DNA of 64,000 nucleotides. Source: a virus. Positions 9,643-19,289 of this stretch are shown in pieces (position 1 is the first letter of the stretch; every line of letters begins with the position of its first letter). Made by a program: the position numbers and the translations under genes. Under the pieces are notes generated by a model. The model had not been told where the DNA came from. It was given only the letters and a program-made list of their open reading frames with translations, and did no database searches. The stretch is from IMG/VR virus record IMGVR_UViG_3300028734_000012, positions 112,333-176,332 of that record; one strand, 5' to 3'.

Positions 9643-11229
9643 ATGTCAAGTACAAATAAGACATCTGGCTTAGACTTAACACAATATATTGGTGTTGACA
9701 TTTTTAATCCTTTAGAAGATTACAATGTTGATATGGGTAAATTGGATACTAAAATAACAGCCCTATCAAATACAGTACCTATGAAAACTATAGCAGACAT
9801 AACATATTATGTTTCTACAACAGGATTATACACAAATGATGGATTAACAAGTGGCACATCATTTCCCACAATTAAGTATGCTATTGATAAAATACCACAA
9901 GTTGTTAATCATGTTATTACAATTAATGTAGCGGCAGGAACTTACCCAGAAGATATAGTAATAAGCGGATTTTCTGGTAAAGGGTCTATATACCTTATCG
10001 GGTCATCCACACTAGAAACTGCCTCAAATTACAATGTATTAAGTTGTGAAATTGATAATTGTAGTTGTGTTGTTGAGGTTAAGGGGCTTAATTTTACAAG
10101 TATTCTAAAACCAAGTTTTTGTGGAAACTATTGTATGAATGTTAGACTATTCTATACTAAAGCTATTTCTATATCTGATACTGGCGTACTTATTGTTGGT
10201 TCAAAATCAGTCATTGCTTTTTGTATTATATCAAATAAGAAACAAGCGATAGGCGCTGATAGTAACTCGGAAGTATATACAACAGAGGTATCTGGTATAA
10301 ATAATATAGTTTCCTATTCATCACTCGCAAACTGTAAGATAACCGCTATGAGTATAATGGGACAGTTATCTGGACGTATTAACATGCAATATGGTGGAGA
10401 AATTATTGGTTCTGATGGTAAGTCTACAAGTGGTTATAGCCCTAACCTGTTAATTAATGGGGATTTTAAAGTCTGGCAACGTGGAACAACATTCAATTTA
10501 GCAACTGGGGGATATACAGCAGACAGGTGGAAGATATATACTGACAGTTCAATGACAAATGTTGCCTATTCTGCAAAACTGTATTGTTTAAACAGACTTG
10601 GTGGAAACGGAACATTTAGTGCTATATGTCAGTTCATAGAAGATTTAAGTATTATTGGTAAAACTGTTACTATGTCTGCAATGATTGACGGAGTTGTTTA
10701 TTCAGTTACAACTGTCTTAGGCTCACAACAAAGCTTCATTGTTAAGTCTGGAATTTTGGAATTTGATATTGGAACAGCGATTTATAGTAATGTAAATCCT
10801 GCCGTAAATATAGCGTTTCTTGATAAACTTGACCACCAAGTATCATGGGTGAAGCTTGAAGTAGGTTCTGTCCCTACACCATATGTTCCCCGTCCAATAG
10901 CAGAGGAACTTGCAATGTGTCAGAGATATTTTATTTCATGCAAGAAGGGCTGGGAATCAACTAATGTCTACCAAATAAGTTTGAATGACATATATGCTAA
11001 TTTTAATATCCCAGAAATGCGTGTTGTTCCGACTGTTAATGTTGATGGTTCTAAGATTTATGTTAGCGGTCAGAATACTAATGGAATAACAGGGTTTACT
11101 ATAGATTCACATGGAGCAAGCATGGCTCTTATTTCTTTGCATGTAGTAAGCACTAATAATTCTGTTAACGTGTATGGTTTACAAATAGCTGTAGATGGTG
11201 CTATAACTCTTGATTCAGAAATATACTAA
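9643..11229 (+). CDS. Tail fibre / receptor-binding protein A (beta-helix plus NLLINGDF carbohydrate-binding-like module)
   Basis: YYVSTTG..NDG...TIKYAID and INVAAGTYPE beta-helix start; NLLINGDFKVWQRG...YTADRW; KLEVGSVPTPYVPRPIAEELAMCQRY. Confidence 0.75.
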   Translation: MSSTNKTSGLDLTQYIGVDIFNPLEDYNVDMGKLDTKITALSNTVPMKTIADITYYVSTTGLYTNDGLTSGTSFPTIKYAIDKIPQVVNHVITINVAAGTYPEDIVISGFSGKGSIYLIGSSTLETASNYNVLSCEIDNCSCVVEVKGLNFTSILKPSFCGNYCMNVRLFYTKAISISDTGVLIVGSKSVIAFCIISNKKQAIGADSNSEVYTTEVSGINNIVSYSSLANCKITAMSIMGQLSGRINMQYGGEIIGSDGKSTSGYSPNLLINGDFKVWQRGTTFNLATGGYTADRWKIYTDSSMTNVAYSAKLYCLNRLGGNGTFSAICQFIEDLSIIGKTVTMSAMIDGVVYSVTTVLGSQQSFIVKSGILEFDIGTAIYSNVNPAVNIAFLDKLDHQVSWVKLEVGSVPTPYVPRPIAEELAMCQRYFISCKKGWESTNVYQISLNDIYANFNIPEMRVVPTVNVDGSKIYVSGQNTNGITGFTIDSHGASMALISLHVVSTNNSVNVYGLQIAVDGAITLDSEIY

Positions 11230-11262
11230 AATAAAACAACTTAAAAAGAAAGGGGTGAATAT

Positions 11263-12903
11263 ATGTCAAGTACACATAAAACAGACAATGTGCCTTTAAC
11301 ACAGTATGTAGGTATAGATATCTTTAATCCACTAGAGGATTATAATGTTGATATGTTTAATATATCAAGTGCAATAGGTTGGATATATGATGATTTTGAT
11401 GCATTAGACAATAAGTATCCATTAAAAACTGTTGAAGATATTACATATTATGTTTCTAAAGGGACTGGATTAGATGATGAAAATGACGGATTAACTTCTG
11501 ACACAGCATTTTATAGTATAGCTAAAGCAATAAGTATGATTCCTCAAATTGTGAATCATAATGTAACTATTAATGTTGCCGCAGGAACTTACATAGAAGA
11601 TGTCACACTCGAAGGATTTGTAGGTAAAGGGACGATTACATTAAAAGGTTGCGAAGCTTTAGGTTCACCAACGGAGTATAAAGTTAATAGCGTATTAGTA
11701 CAAAGATGTACAGTATTAGTTTCAGTAATTGGTTTAAATGCTGTGTCTTTTAAAACAGGGTTTGGTTCATTTACTTCAACCCTATGTTCAGAAGTGTATA
11801 TTAATACATGTATATCTACATATATAGATGCAACAAAACCTCATTTTGGTATTTTATCATGGGGTTCAATCACATATGTAATTAATAGTACATTTTCAAA
11901 TTCTAATGGGATATACACAGGACTTGGTGGGACTTTATATTTAGAATCAGTATCTGGGACTAATAATCTTGTTGGTATTACTGTAGCTAATGGAAGTACA
12001 GCTATTAAGTCATTTGGTGTTATTATTACTGGCAACATAGACACCAGTATTCAAGCTGGAAGTCAAATTATAGGTTCTGATGGTAAGTCTACAAGTGGTT
12101 ATAGTCCTAATTTACTTATTAATGGAGACTTTAAGATTAATCAAAGAGCATTATCTAGTTATACAACTGCCAATGCTTATTCTGTTGATAGATGGTTAAA
12201 TTATGGTGTTAGCACAACTATAACACCTATAACAAATGGATTGACAATTTCATGTTTGTCAACTAGTGATAGCAATCTAATCATGCAATCAGTAGAAGAT
12301 TATGCTAAGTTCTCTGGTAAGACTGTTACATTGTCAGTAAAATATAGTGCTTTGTCTTTAGGGACAAATACTAAAATGACATTAGCTATTAGTGATGGCA
12401 TTAGTATGTATTCTGTTGATACAACTCAATCAAGTGGTATCATTAGCGTTACGCATATACTTCCAAGTAATATTACAAAATTATGTGCGACACTGGTTAA
12501 ATATGGAAACGGAACATCATTTTCAGTAAATGTAGAATGGGCTAAACTTGAATTAGGTTCTGTACCTACACCTTTTGTTCCACGTCCAATAGCAGAAGAA
12601 CTTGCAATGTGTAAGAGGTATTATGAATCATTTCTTTGTACTTCTATTGTTACGGATAACTCATATGGAACGTATCGCTACTGCTCTAGTATACCCTTGG
12701 TAGAGAAAAGAATATTTCCAACTCTAAAATTTGATTCAGCAAATATTCTTAATATTGTTATACTTAATGCATCGCAAATTAGTTATGATAGTTCTGCTTC
12801 TAATAAATCATCAATACTTCCAACGGTTTTACAATCAGCTTTTACTACTACTGGAGCTAATGGGGTTATTTTTATAGGTTCAGCAGATGCAGAAATTTAT
12901 TAA
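11263..12903 (+). CDS. Tail fibre / receptor-binding protein B (paralog of A)
   Basis: Same architecture and shared motifs as 9643-11229. Confidence 0.75.
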   Translation: MSSTHKTDNVPLTQYVGIDIFNPLEDYNVDMFNISSAIGWIYDDFDALDNKYPLKTVEDITYYVSKGTGLDDENDGLTSDTAFYSIAKAISMIPQIVNHNVTINVAAGTYIEDVTLEGFVGKGTITLKGCEALGSPTEYKVNSVLVQRCTVLVSVIGLNAVSFKTGFGSFTSTLCSEVYINTCISTYIDATKPHFGILSWGSITYVINSTFSNSNGIYTGLGGTLYLESVSGTNNLVGITVANGSTAIKSFGVIITGNIDTSIQAGSQIIGSDGKSTSGYSPNLLINGDFKINQRALSSYTTANAYSVDRWLNYGVSTTITPITNGLTISCLSTSDSNLIMQSVEDYAKFSGKTVTLSVKYSALSLGTNTKMTLAISDGISMYSVDTTQSSGIISVTHILPSNITKLCATLVKYGNGTSFSVNVEWAKLELGSVPTPFVPRPIAEELAMCKRYYESFLCTSIVTDNSYGTYRYCSSIPLVEKRIFPTLKFDSANILNIVILNASQISYDSSASNKSSILPTVLQSAFTTTGANGVIFIGSADAEIY

Positions 12904-12922
12904 AAAAGGAGAACTACAAATA

Positions 12923-13585
12923 ATGGAAATTAATATACAAACACACAAAGCTTATGCTAGTGTAGATTCTAATAATATTGTAACTAAATTATTCTCTGAT
13001 GTTTTTATACAACCAACTGATACGGACGTATTAATCATTGAAGGACAAGGAGATTCTGTAGTTTATATACAAAATAGTTATACATTGATGGATGAAAATC
13101 AATGTTATAATTATAAAATAGTTGATGGAAAAATAGTCACTAGAGATTTAGAAGAAAAACAATCTGATGTTGATTATATAAATCGTGTGAAAATACAAAA
13201 ATTACAAGAGATATCAAATGCTTGTGAGAAAACAGTATATGCAGGAACTGATGTGACTACATCTTTAGGTGTAGAACATTTTTCTTGTACTGCAAATGAC
13301 CAAACTAACATTTCGGCTTCTGCTTCTGCCGTATTACAAGGGGCAACGCAAATCCCATATCATGCTGATGGTAAATTATGTAGAGTATTTAGTGGTGAAG
13401 AAATCACTAATTTATATACAAGCGTTAAGTTATTTGTTACATATCAAGTTACATTCTGTAATCACTTAAATATTTGGATTAAACGTTGTACGACAATTGA
13501 TGAATTGAACTCTATAACATATACTTCTAAACTCCCAAGTGATTTATTAGAAAATTTTAATACTATTATGGGTATAGTAGAATAG
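12923..13585 (+). CDS. Tail fibre assembly protein (DUF4376-like)
   Basis: ATG 12923 has an AAAGGAG RBS. KLQEISNAC...HFSCTANDQTNI...YHADGKLCRVFS. Confidence 0.6.
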   Translation: MEINIQTHKAYASVDSNNIVTKLFSDVFIQPTDTDVLIIEGQGDSVVYIQNSYTLMDENQCYNYKIVDGKIVTRDLEEKQSDVDYINRVKIQKLQEISNACEKTVYAGTDVTTSLGVEHFSCTANDQTNISASASAVLQGATQIPYHADGKLCRVFSGEEITNLYTSVKLFVTYQVTFCNHLNIWIKRCTTIDELNSITYTSKLPSDLLENFNTIMGIVE

Positions 13586-13592
13586 AAAGAAT

Positions 13593-14012
13593 ATGAAAAA
13601 GTTATTCGAAAATTTAATTTTGTTTTTAATTGGTGGTAGCATTTATTTCTTTTCTGAATGTATATTCAGAGGTTATTCGTTTATGCCTATGTTTATCGTA
13701 GGCGGTATATCGTTTCTATGTATAGGAGCATTAAATAATACAGTGTTTAATTGGAACACACCTTTATTAATACAACAATTTATATCAATGCTTATTATTA
13801 CTTCTTTAGAATTTGCAAGTGGTATGATATTGAACGTTTATATGGGATTAAATATGTGGGATTATTCTAACCAATGGGGGAACATTTATGGACAGATTTG
13901 TCCAAAATTTATGATAATCTGGTTCTTTGTTTCTCTTATTGGTATTATTTTAGATGATATTATTAGATGGAAACTGTTTAAAGAAGAAAGACCGCATTAT
14001 CAATTATTATGA
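13593..14012 (+). CDS. Membrane protein of the 'putative ABC permease' (CmpB/TMEM229/DUF1113) type
   Basis: Four TM segments; E..FRGYS, WDYS...N..GQIC motifs. Confidence 0.7.
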   Translation: MKKLFENLILFLIGGSIYFFSECIFRGYSFMPMFIVGGISFLCIGALNNTVFNWNTPLLIQQFISMLIITSLEFASGMILNVYMGLNMWDYSNQWGNIYGQICPKFMIIWFFVSLIGIILDDIIRWKLFKEERPHYQLL

Positions 14013-14030
14013 AAGAATAGGGGGTGTAAT

Positions 14031-14933
14031 ATGGTATTTTTAGGTAATTCATTTTTCTTAGGGCAAAAGTGTATGAGAACTACCCCATCAAGTATTTCTC
14101 ATATTGTAAAAATTAAATTACAAAATGGTATGTTCGATGAAGTATATATTGGTAAGGATACAAATACAACATATACAACAGATATAAATCCTACATGGGA
14201 TTATAATACACTTTTACACGCATTTTTCAATGGTAATTTATATGCTGGTAATGTAGATTTCCAATTATCACAAGTAAGTTCTATAAGAATAAAACGTAGA
14301 GTAACTGGTGAATATGAGTATACTACATTATTTGAGATACCTATTAAGGTAGAATCAGATTTACGTTTTACAAGATATGATAGATTAGCACAATCTGGAA
14401 TACAGTATGATTACATAAGCGTTCCAGTACTAAATAACGTAGAAGGTAACTCTAGTGTTAAGAGCGTTTTAAGTCAATTTGAAGGTGTATTTATTGTTGG
14501 TAAAGACCAAACATTCAATACAATATTAAATGTTGCAATCACTTCACAAAAGAATAGACCATCTTCCATTATCAATACAATAGATAGAAAATATCCATAT
14601 GTTGTTTCTAATGGATTAAATAATTATTATAGCGGTACAACAACTGGTATGTTCTTAGAAACAGAAACAGATAATTTCACATGGAAATATTATGATGGGT
14701 GGAAACATAGAGCCGATTTAATGGATTTTTTATGTGATGGTAAGCCTAAAATTCTAAAGCATTATGATGGAAGAATTTGGATGATATCTGTTGTTGAAAA
14801 TCCAACCGAAACAGTACAAGAACAAAATGATATTGTAATTACTTCATTTAACTGGACTGAAAGTGATGATTATAATTCAACTAATGCGTTATATAATGGT
14901 GGGTTTATTGAAGTTAATGTTGAGGGGAGATGA
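14031..14933 (+). CDS. Tail/baseplate structural protein (distal-tail-like)
   Basis: Tail-module context; KYPYVVSNG..NYYSG and FLCDGKPKILK..DGRIW motifs. Confidence 0.55.
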   Translation: MVFLGNSFFLGQKCMRTTPSSISHIVKIKLQNGMFDEVYIGKDTNTTYTTDINPTWDYNTLLHAFFNGNLYAGNVDFQLSQVSSIRIKRRVTGEYEYTTLFEIPIKVESDLRFTRYDRLAQSGIQYDYISVPVLNNVEGNSSVKSVLSQFEGVFIVGKDQTFNTILNVAITSQKNRPSSIINTIDRKYPYVVSNGLNNYYSGTTTGMFLETETDNFTWKYYDGWKHRADLMDFLCDGKPKILKHYDGRIWMISVVENPTETVQEQNDIVITSFNWTESDDYNSTNALYNGGFIEVNVEGR

Positions 14934-14939
14934 TAATCA

Positions 14940-16349
14940 ATGCCATATCAAGTACAGCAAGAAGACATTAGATTATTAAAACAATCTCCAAAGACTAATT
15001 ATGTTTCGTTAGAGTTACAAAATAACGTATTTAAAACAATAGATAAAATGGAAGGTCAACTTGTATCTGATTCATATACAATTGATGCAGATTCTGATAT
15101 AAGAAGAACCTTTACACTTACATTAGTTGTAAGTGATTCAAGTTTTAACATAGGAGAAAATTCTAAAATATGGTTGAATAAATATATTAAAATTACTATT
15201 GGTACTTTTAATTTAAGGACAGAATCAATCGTATGGTATCCCGTAGGTACATACCTATTTACAGATACTAACTATAAATATGATTCAGTTTCTAATATAT
15301 TAACATTAACTTGTGTAGATTTAATGAGTAAATTAACGGGATTAAGAAACGGGCAACTTACTGGTTTAACTACCTCAATACCACAAGGTTCTGTACTTCG
15401 TGATACGATAATTTCAGTAATCACACAGTTAGGTGGATTCCCAAATTATAGAATTGAGGATGCTGGAAAACCAATACCATATGACTTGAATTTTTCAACT
15501 GGGGCAACTGTTTATGAAATTCTTACGACACTAAGAGACTTATATGCAGGATATGAAATGTTCTTTGATATTGATAATGTGTTCGTATTTCAACCAATAC
15601 CAACATGTAAAGATACAGATTATTTTTTAGTAGATACAGACTTAAAGGATTTAGTTATTTCAGAAGAAGTAAGTAACTCATTTTCTGATGTTAAGAATGT
15701 CACAGAAGTTTGGGGTCAAAACATTGAAGCTGATAGATATACTGACAGTGTAACTATGAGTGGAGATACATATACTTTAACATTTACTTCCGCAATAGTT
15801 TTAAGTAATTATTTAGATATATCTTTTAAAGCATCAGCAAATAATGTTGCAAATGCAAAGATTAAATTTAACACAAGTACTGTATATAATATATTAGATG
15901 AAGATGGAGTAAATATTATAGCTAATAGGATTGTGGCAGGAAAAACGTATGTAGTTAGATATAGTAATAGCACAGTTAAATTATTAGGTCAAAATCAAAT
16001 ATATGCTATTTGGAAAGATACCAACGCTGATAGTCCATATAACATTAATAAAATTGGTGAGATTTGTCAAATATTTAGCGGTGGTGACTATGAAAAAATA
16101 TATTCTGACGACCTAGCTTTAGAACGTGCTAAATATGAAAACTGGTTAAAAACAAGATTACAAGATGCGACCGTGTTAGAAATGATTAATATACCTTGGA
16201 TGGATGTAAATAAAAAGATTTTATACCAAAGTAAAGTAACAGGAGTAACACAAGGATATATAACTAAATCAATTAATGGCTCAACAACAACTGGGACGAT
16301 GACAACTAATATTATAAAATATTACCCATTGTATCCAGACATTATATAA
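14940..16349 (+). CDS. Baseplate hub protein (DUF5048-like)
   Basis: IDADSDIRRT, DLMSKL.G...GQL, YEMFFDID, IPWMDVNKKI motifs. Confidence 0.6.
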   Translation: MPYQVQQEDIRLLKQSPKTNYVSLELQNNVFKTIDKMEGQLVSDSYTIDADSDIRRTFTLTLVVSDSSFNIGENSKIWLNKYIKITIGTFNLRTESIVWYPVGTYLFTDTNYKYDSVSNILTLTCVDLMSKLTGLRNGQLTGLTTSIPQGSVLRDTIISVITQLGGFPNYRIEDAGKPIPYDLNFSTGATVYEILTTLRDLYAGYEMFFDIDNVFVFQPIPTCKDTDYFLVDTDLKDLVISEEVSNSFSDVKNVTEVWGQNIEADRYTDSVTMSGDTYTLTFTSAIVLSNYLDISFKASANNVANAKIKFNTSTVYNILDEDGVNIIANRIVAGKTYVVRYSNSTVKLLGQNQIYAIWKDTNADSPYNINKIGEICQIFSGGDYEKIYSDDLALERAKYENWLKTRLQDATVLEMINIPWMDVNKKILYQSKVTGVTQGYITKSINGSTTTGTMTTNIIKYYPLYPDII

Positions 16350-16364
16350 AAAGGAGATGAGTAA

Positions 16365-17060
16365 ATGGCTTATACTGATTGCCCACTAAGTACGCTACCA
16401 ACTACTATTGATAGTTTTCCTAGAAGACAGGATTTAACCCTTGCAGATTTGTCATTAGTACAAAGTTTTGAAACAAAATATGCAAGTGGAGATTTTGCTG
16501 GCGCTAACCAAATTATAGAAGATAACCCAACTTTAAAATTAAAAATTAACAATGCAGAAACATGGAATGAAATGAGAGATGCAATTATTGCATTAGAGCA
16601 TATGTTCATGACTGACATTGAAGATTACATAACTAACGTAGCGCAATATCAAGGGACTTTTATACCATCAAAATCATATAAAAAATACGATATAGTTGAT
16701 TATGTATTTAATGATGCTGTTAATTGTTATATGGTAAAATATAACAATACACCAGTTGGTACACTTCCAACTGATTTAAACTATTTTGCACCACAAACTC
16801 TTAGAGGTTTACAAGGTGTAAGTGGTATTGGTCTATCATTTAAGAAATTATGGATTGATATAACTGAATATAAGGTAGATGAAAGTGTGTCTTATTTAGG
16901 TGATATTTATCAATGTTTAATTCAAAATGTAGGACATAACCCATTAACTTCACCTACGTATTGGTTAAAAATTATGTACTTAACACCTCAAATTGTTACT
17001 AGCACAGATAAACCAACAAGTTTGAAATCTGGCGGCTATTGGTTTAAGATAGTTGCTTAA
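16365..17060 (+). CDS. Tail structural protein with carbohydrate-binding-like C-terminal repeats
   Basis: YKKYDIV...Y...P...YF and YKVDESVSY.G..YQC....G..P....YW repeats. Confidence 0.5.
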   Translation: MAYTDCPLSTLPTTIDSFPRRQDLTLADLSLVQSFETKYASGDFAGANQIIEDNPTLKLKINNAETWNEMRDAIIALEHMFMTDIEDYITNVAQYQGTFIPSKSYKKYDIVDYVFNDAVNCYMVKYNNTPVGTLPTDLNYFAPQTLRGLQGVSGIGLSFKKLWIDITEYKVDESVSYLGDIYQCLIQNVGHNPLTSPTYWLKIMYLTPQIVTSTDKPTSLKSGGYWFKIVA

Positions 17061-17081
17061 TAGAAAGGGGATTAATATATT

Positions 17082-18185
17082 ATGAATATTAAAGGAATTG
17101 ATGTTTCAAAGCATCAAGGTAAAATTGATTGGTCAAAAGTAAAAGCAGATGGTGTAAAATTTGCTATGATTCGTGCTGGATATGGTAATTCTATATCACA
17201 AAAAGATACTTTATTTGACTATAATGTTACGAATGCTTTAGCTAACGGAATTGACGTAGGAGCATATTGGTTTAGTTATGCTGTTTCATCAACAGATGCA
17301 CGAAAAGAAGCACAAGTGTTTTTACAAGTTATTGAAAAATATAGAGGTAAAATGAAATACCCAGTATGCTTCGATTATGAATATGATTCAGTCAAATATT
17401 CTATATCAAAGGGTGTGACACCTACTAAATCATCGATGACTAGCATAGCAAAAACATTTATGACAGAAGTTAAAAATACTGGATGGGCTACCATGAATTA
17501 TACTAATATGGATTTTATTAGAAATAAATTCGATATGTCACAGCTAAGTGAGTTTGAGATATGGCTTGCAGACTACAGTGGCTCACCAGACGTTACTTGC
17601 GGTATTCAGCAAACAAGTAGTAATGGTAAAGTTAATGGGATTAGCGGCTCTGTAGATATGGATACAGCATTTAAGGATTATGCAAATCATCAAACTGCAT
17701 CAGATGCAGTAAGTGATACAACTTCTGATTTTAGTATTTCAAAAGGTAATTCATATCAATTTAAAATTACATCAAGTAATACACCTAGCTTTATTTTAGG
17801 AACTGCTAATGTATTCACAGTCAGTTTAGTTAGTCAAATTGGTAAGGAATATTTATTTAGAATCACAGCGATTGGAAATTCTGGTCAAGCAAGCGGAGTA
17901 TTCCTTGATGGCAAGAAGATTTGTATAGTTACCGTTAAAGAAGATATTGTAGTTTCTGATACACCAACTACATTAAATGTTTCTAAGGGTAAAACTTATC
18001 AGTTTAAATTAACGGCAGATAAAAAACCAGTTTTCACTTGTGGAAATGGTGGGATATTTATTGTTGATTTTGTAAAGTCAGAAGGTAATGACCATTTCTT
18101 TAAAGTAACAGCTATTGGGGATATTGGTCAATCAGCAGGATTTTATGCAAATGGTAAGAATATCTGTATAGGTACAATTAAATGA
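17082..18185 (+). CDS. Endolysin, GH25 muramidase with two C-terminal repeat domains
   Basis: GIDVSKHQGKIDW, FAMIRAGYG, GAYWFSYA, FDYE, GISGSVDMD; duplicated SDT..F/L.(I/V)SKG..YQFK repeats. Confidence 0.9.
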   Translation: MNIKGIDVSKHQGKIDWSKVKADGVKFAMIRAGYGNSISQKDTLFDYNVTNALANGIDVGAYWFSYAVSSTDARKEAQVFLQVIEKYRGKMKYPVCFDYEYDSVKYSISKGVTPTKSSMTSIAKTFMTEVKNTGWATMNYTNMDFIRNKFDMSQLSEFEIWLADYSGSPDVTCGIQQTSSNGKVNGISGSVDMDTAFKDYANHQTASDAVSDTTSDFSISKGNSYQFKITSSNTPSFILGTANVFTVSLVSQIGKEYLFRITAIGNSGQASGVFLDGKKICIVTVKEDIVVSDTPTTLNVSKGKTYQFKLTADKKPVFTCGNGGIFIVDFVKSEGNDHFFKVTAIGDIGQSAGFYANGKNICIGTIK

Positions 18186-18511
18186 AAAAGATTAAGAAGA
18201 AACCAGAGTTTTCTAAGTTCGTAATTGGCGCTTTAGTTTCAACTTATTTTGTAGTTTTAATTCTAGGTATTTATGTAGTGATTAGTGCTTTAATACTATA
18301 TCCAGAGTATGCCGTACAAGCATTAATGGCACTATTCACATATGTTGGTACTGTTAATGCAATTTCTATACCATTTTATTTGACTACTAAAAGAGATGAG
18401 AATCTACAGAAATATCCAGACATAAAGACAATAGATGATTTTAAATCTATGAACGATATCAGTTCAAATATGGGTGAAGACCTATCGAATATAAACAATA
18501 CGGAAAAGTGA
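18182..18511 (+). CDS. Holin-like membrane protein (2 TM)
   Basis: Overlaps lysin stop; EFSK followed by two hydrophobic helices. Confidence 0.6.
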   Translation: MKKIKKKPEFSKFVIGALVSTYFVVLILGIYVVISALILYPEYAVQALMALFTYVGTVNAISIPFYLTTKRDENLQKYPDIKTIDDFKSMNDISSNMGEDLSNINNTEK

Positions 18512-18521
18512 GGAATATTAT

Positions 18522-18884
18522 ATGAAAGAATTTATGAGTTTCGTTATTACAAATTGGGCATTAATTGTCGGTTTCATTTTTGTTATTATTATGGCAGTAC
18601 AAAAAATCATGGAGTTTGTGGCATTACCTACAGATAAGAGAATGGCAGAAGTTAAAGAAAGACTTTTAGAATGGGTTAGAATTGCCGAAGCAGACCTTGG
18701 TAGCGGTACTGGTGTACTTAAACTTGCACAAGTATATAATACTTTCTGCGAAGCGTTCCCTTACCTAAAGAAATGGATTACAATTGATAAATTTGATGTT
18801 CTTGTAAAAGAAGCTTTAGCTAAAATTGAAGCCGCATTAACTACAGAACAAGCTAAAATTAATGCTTTCCATTTAAGCAAATAA
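18522..18884 (+). CDS. Holin (LL-H-like)
   Basis: N-terminal TM; LLEWVRIAEADLGSGTGVLKLAQVY motif. Confidence 0.7.
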   Translation: MKEFMSFVITNWALIVGFIFVIIMAVQKIMEFVALPTDKRMAEVKERLLEWVRIAEADLGSGTGVLKLAQVYNTFCEAFPYLKKWITIDKFDVLVKEALAKIEAALTTEQAKINAFHLSK

Positions 18885-18897
18885 TAGAAACGATATA

Positions 18898-18929
18898 TAT
18901 GCCATTATGGGTAATTCTGTAATGGCATA
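18898..18929. terminator. Hairpin after the lysis cassette
   Basis: TATGCCATTATGG / CTGTAATGGCATA 13-bp stem; no clear U-tract. Confidence 0.45.
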
Positions 18930-18944
18930 ATTATAAAAAGAAAA

Positions 18945-19289
18945 GTGAGTGATAATAAAATGGCAAATATGTCAATAAATAATTTTACATTTCATGACCA
19001 TACCACAATAGCGAGTGTGGGGAATGAATTACATCTTACTAACAATATACAGACTGTCGATGTTGAAATTGTCGCCACTGGCACATTTACGGCAAATTTT
19101 GAAGGCAAAGGTTTATCTGGTGCATGGTATCCTATTGTTGGGGCTGATTTATCTACATTAAATTTAGCAAGTAATACTAATGTTACTACAGCTTTATGGC
19201 AAATAGATTTAACTGCGTTGGTATCTTTTAGAATTAATTTAGTACAAAATGCAGGAACTGTTTCTGTATATGGAAAGGTAGTGGGATAA
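18945..19289 (+). CDS. Small beta-sandwich adaptor protein 1
   Basis: Paralog of 21693-22034 (NF.FH..., VD.S/TA, YGKVV end); TAATG coupling to next gene; start may be ATG 18960. Confidence 0.6.
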   Translation: MSDNKMANMSINNFTFHDHTTIASVGNELHLTNNIQTVDVEIVATGTFTANFEGKGLSGAWYPIVGADLSTLNLASNTNVTTALWQIDLTALVSFRINLVQNAGTVSVYGKVVG

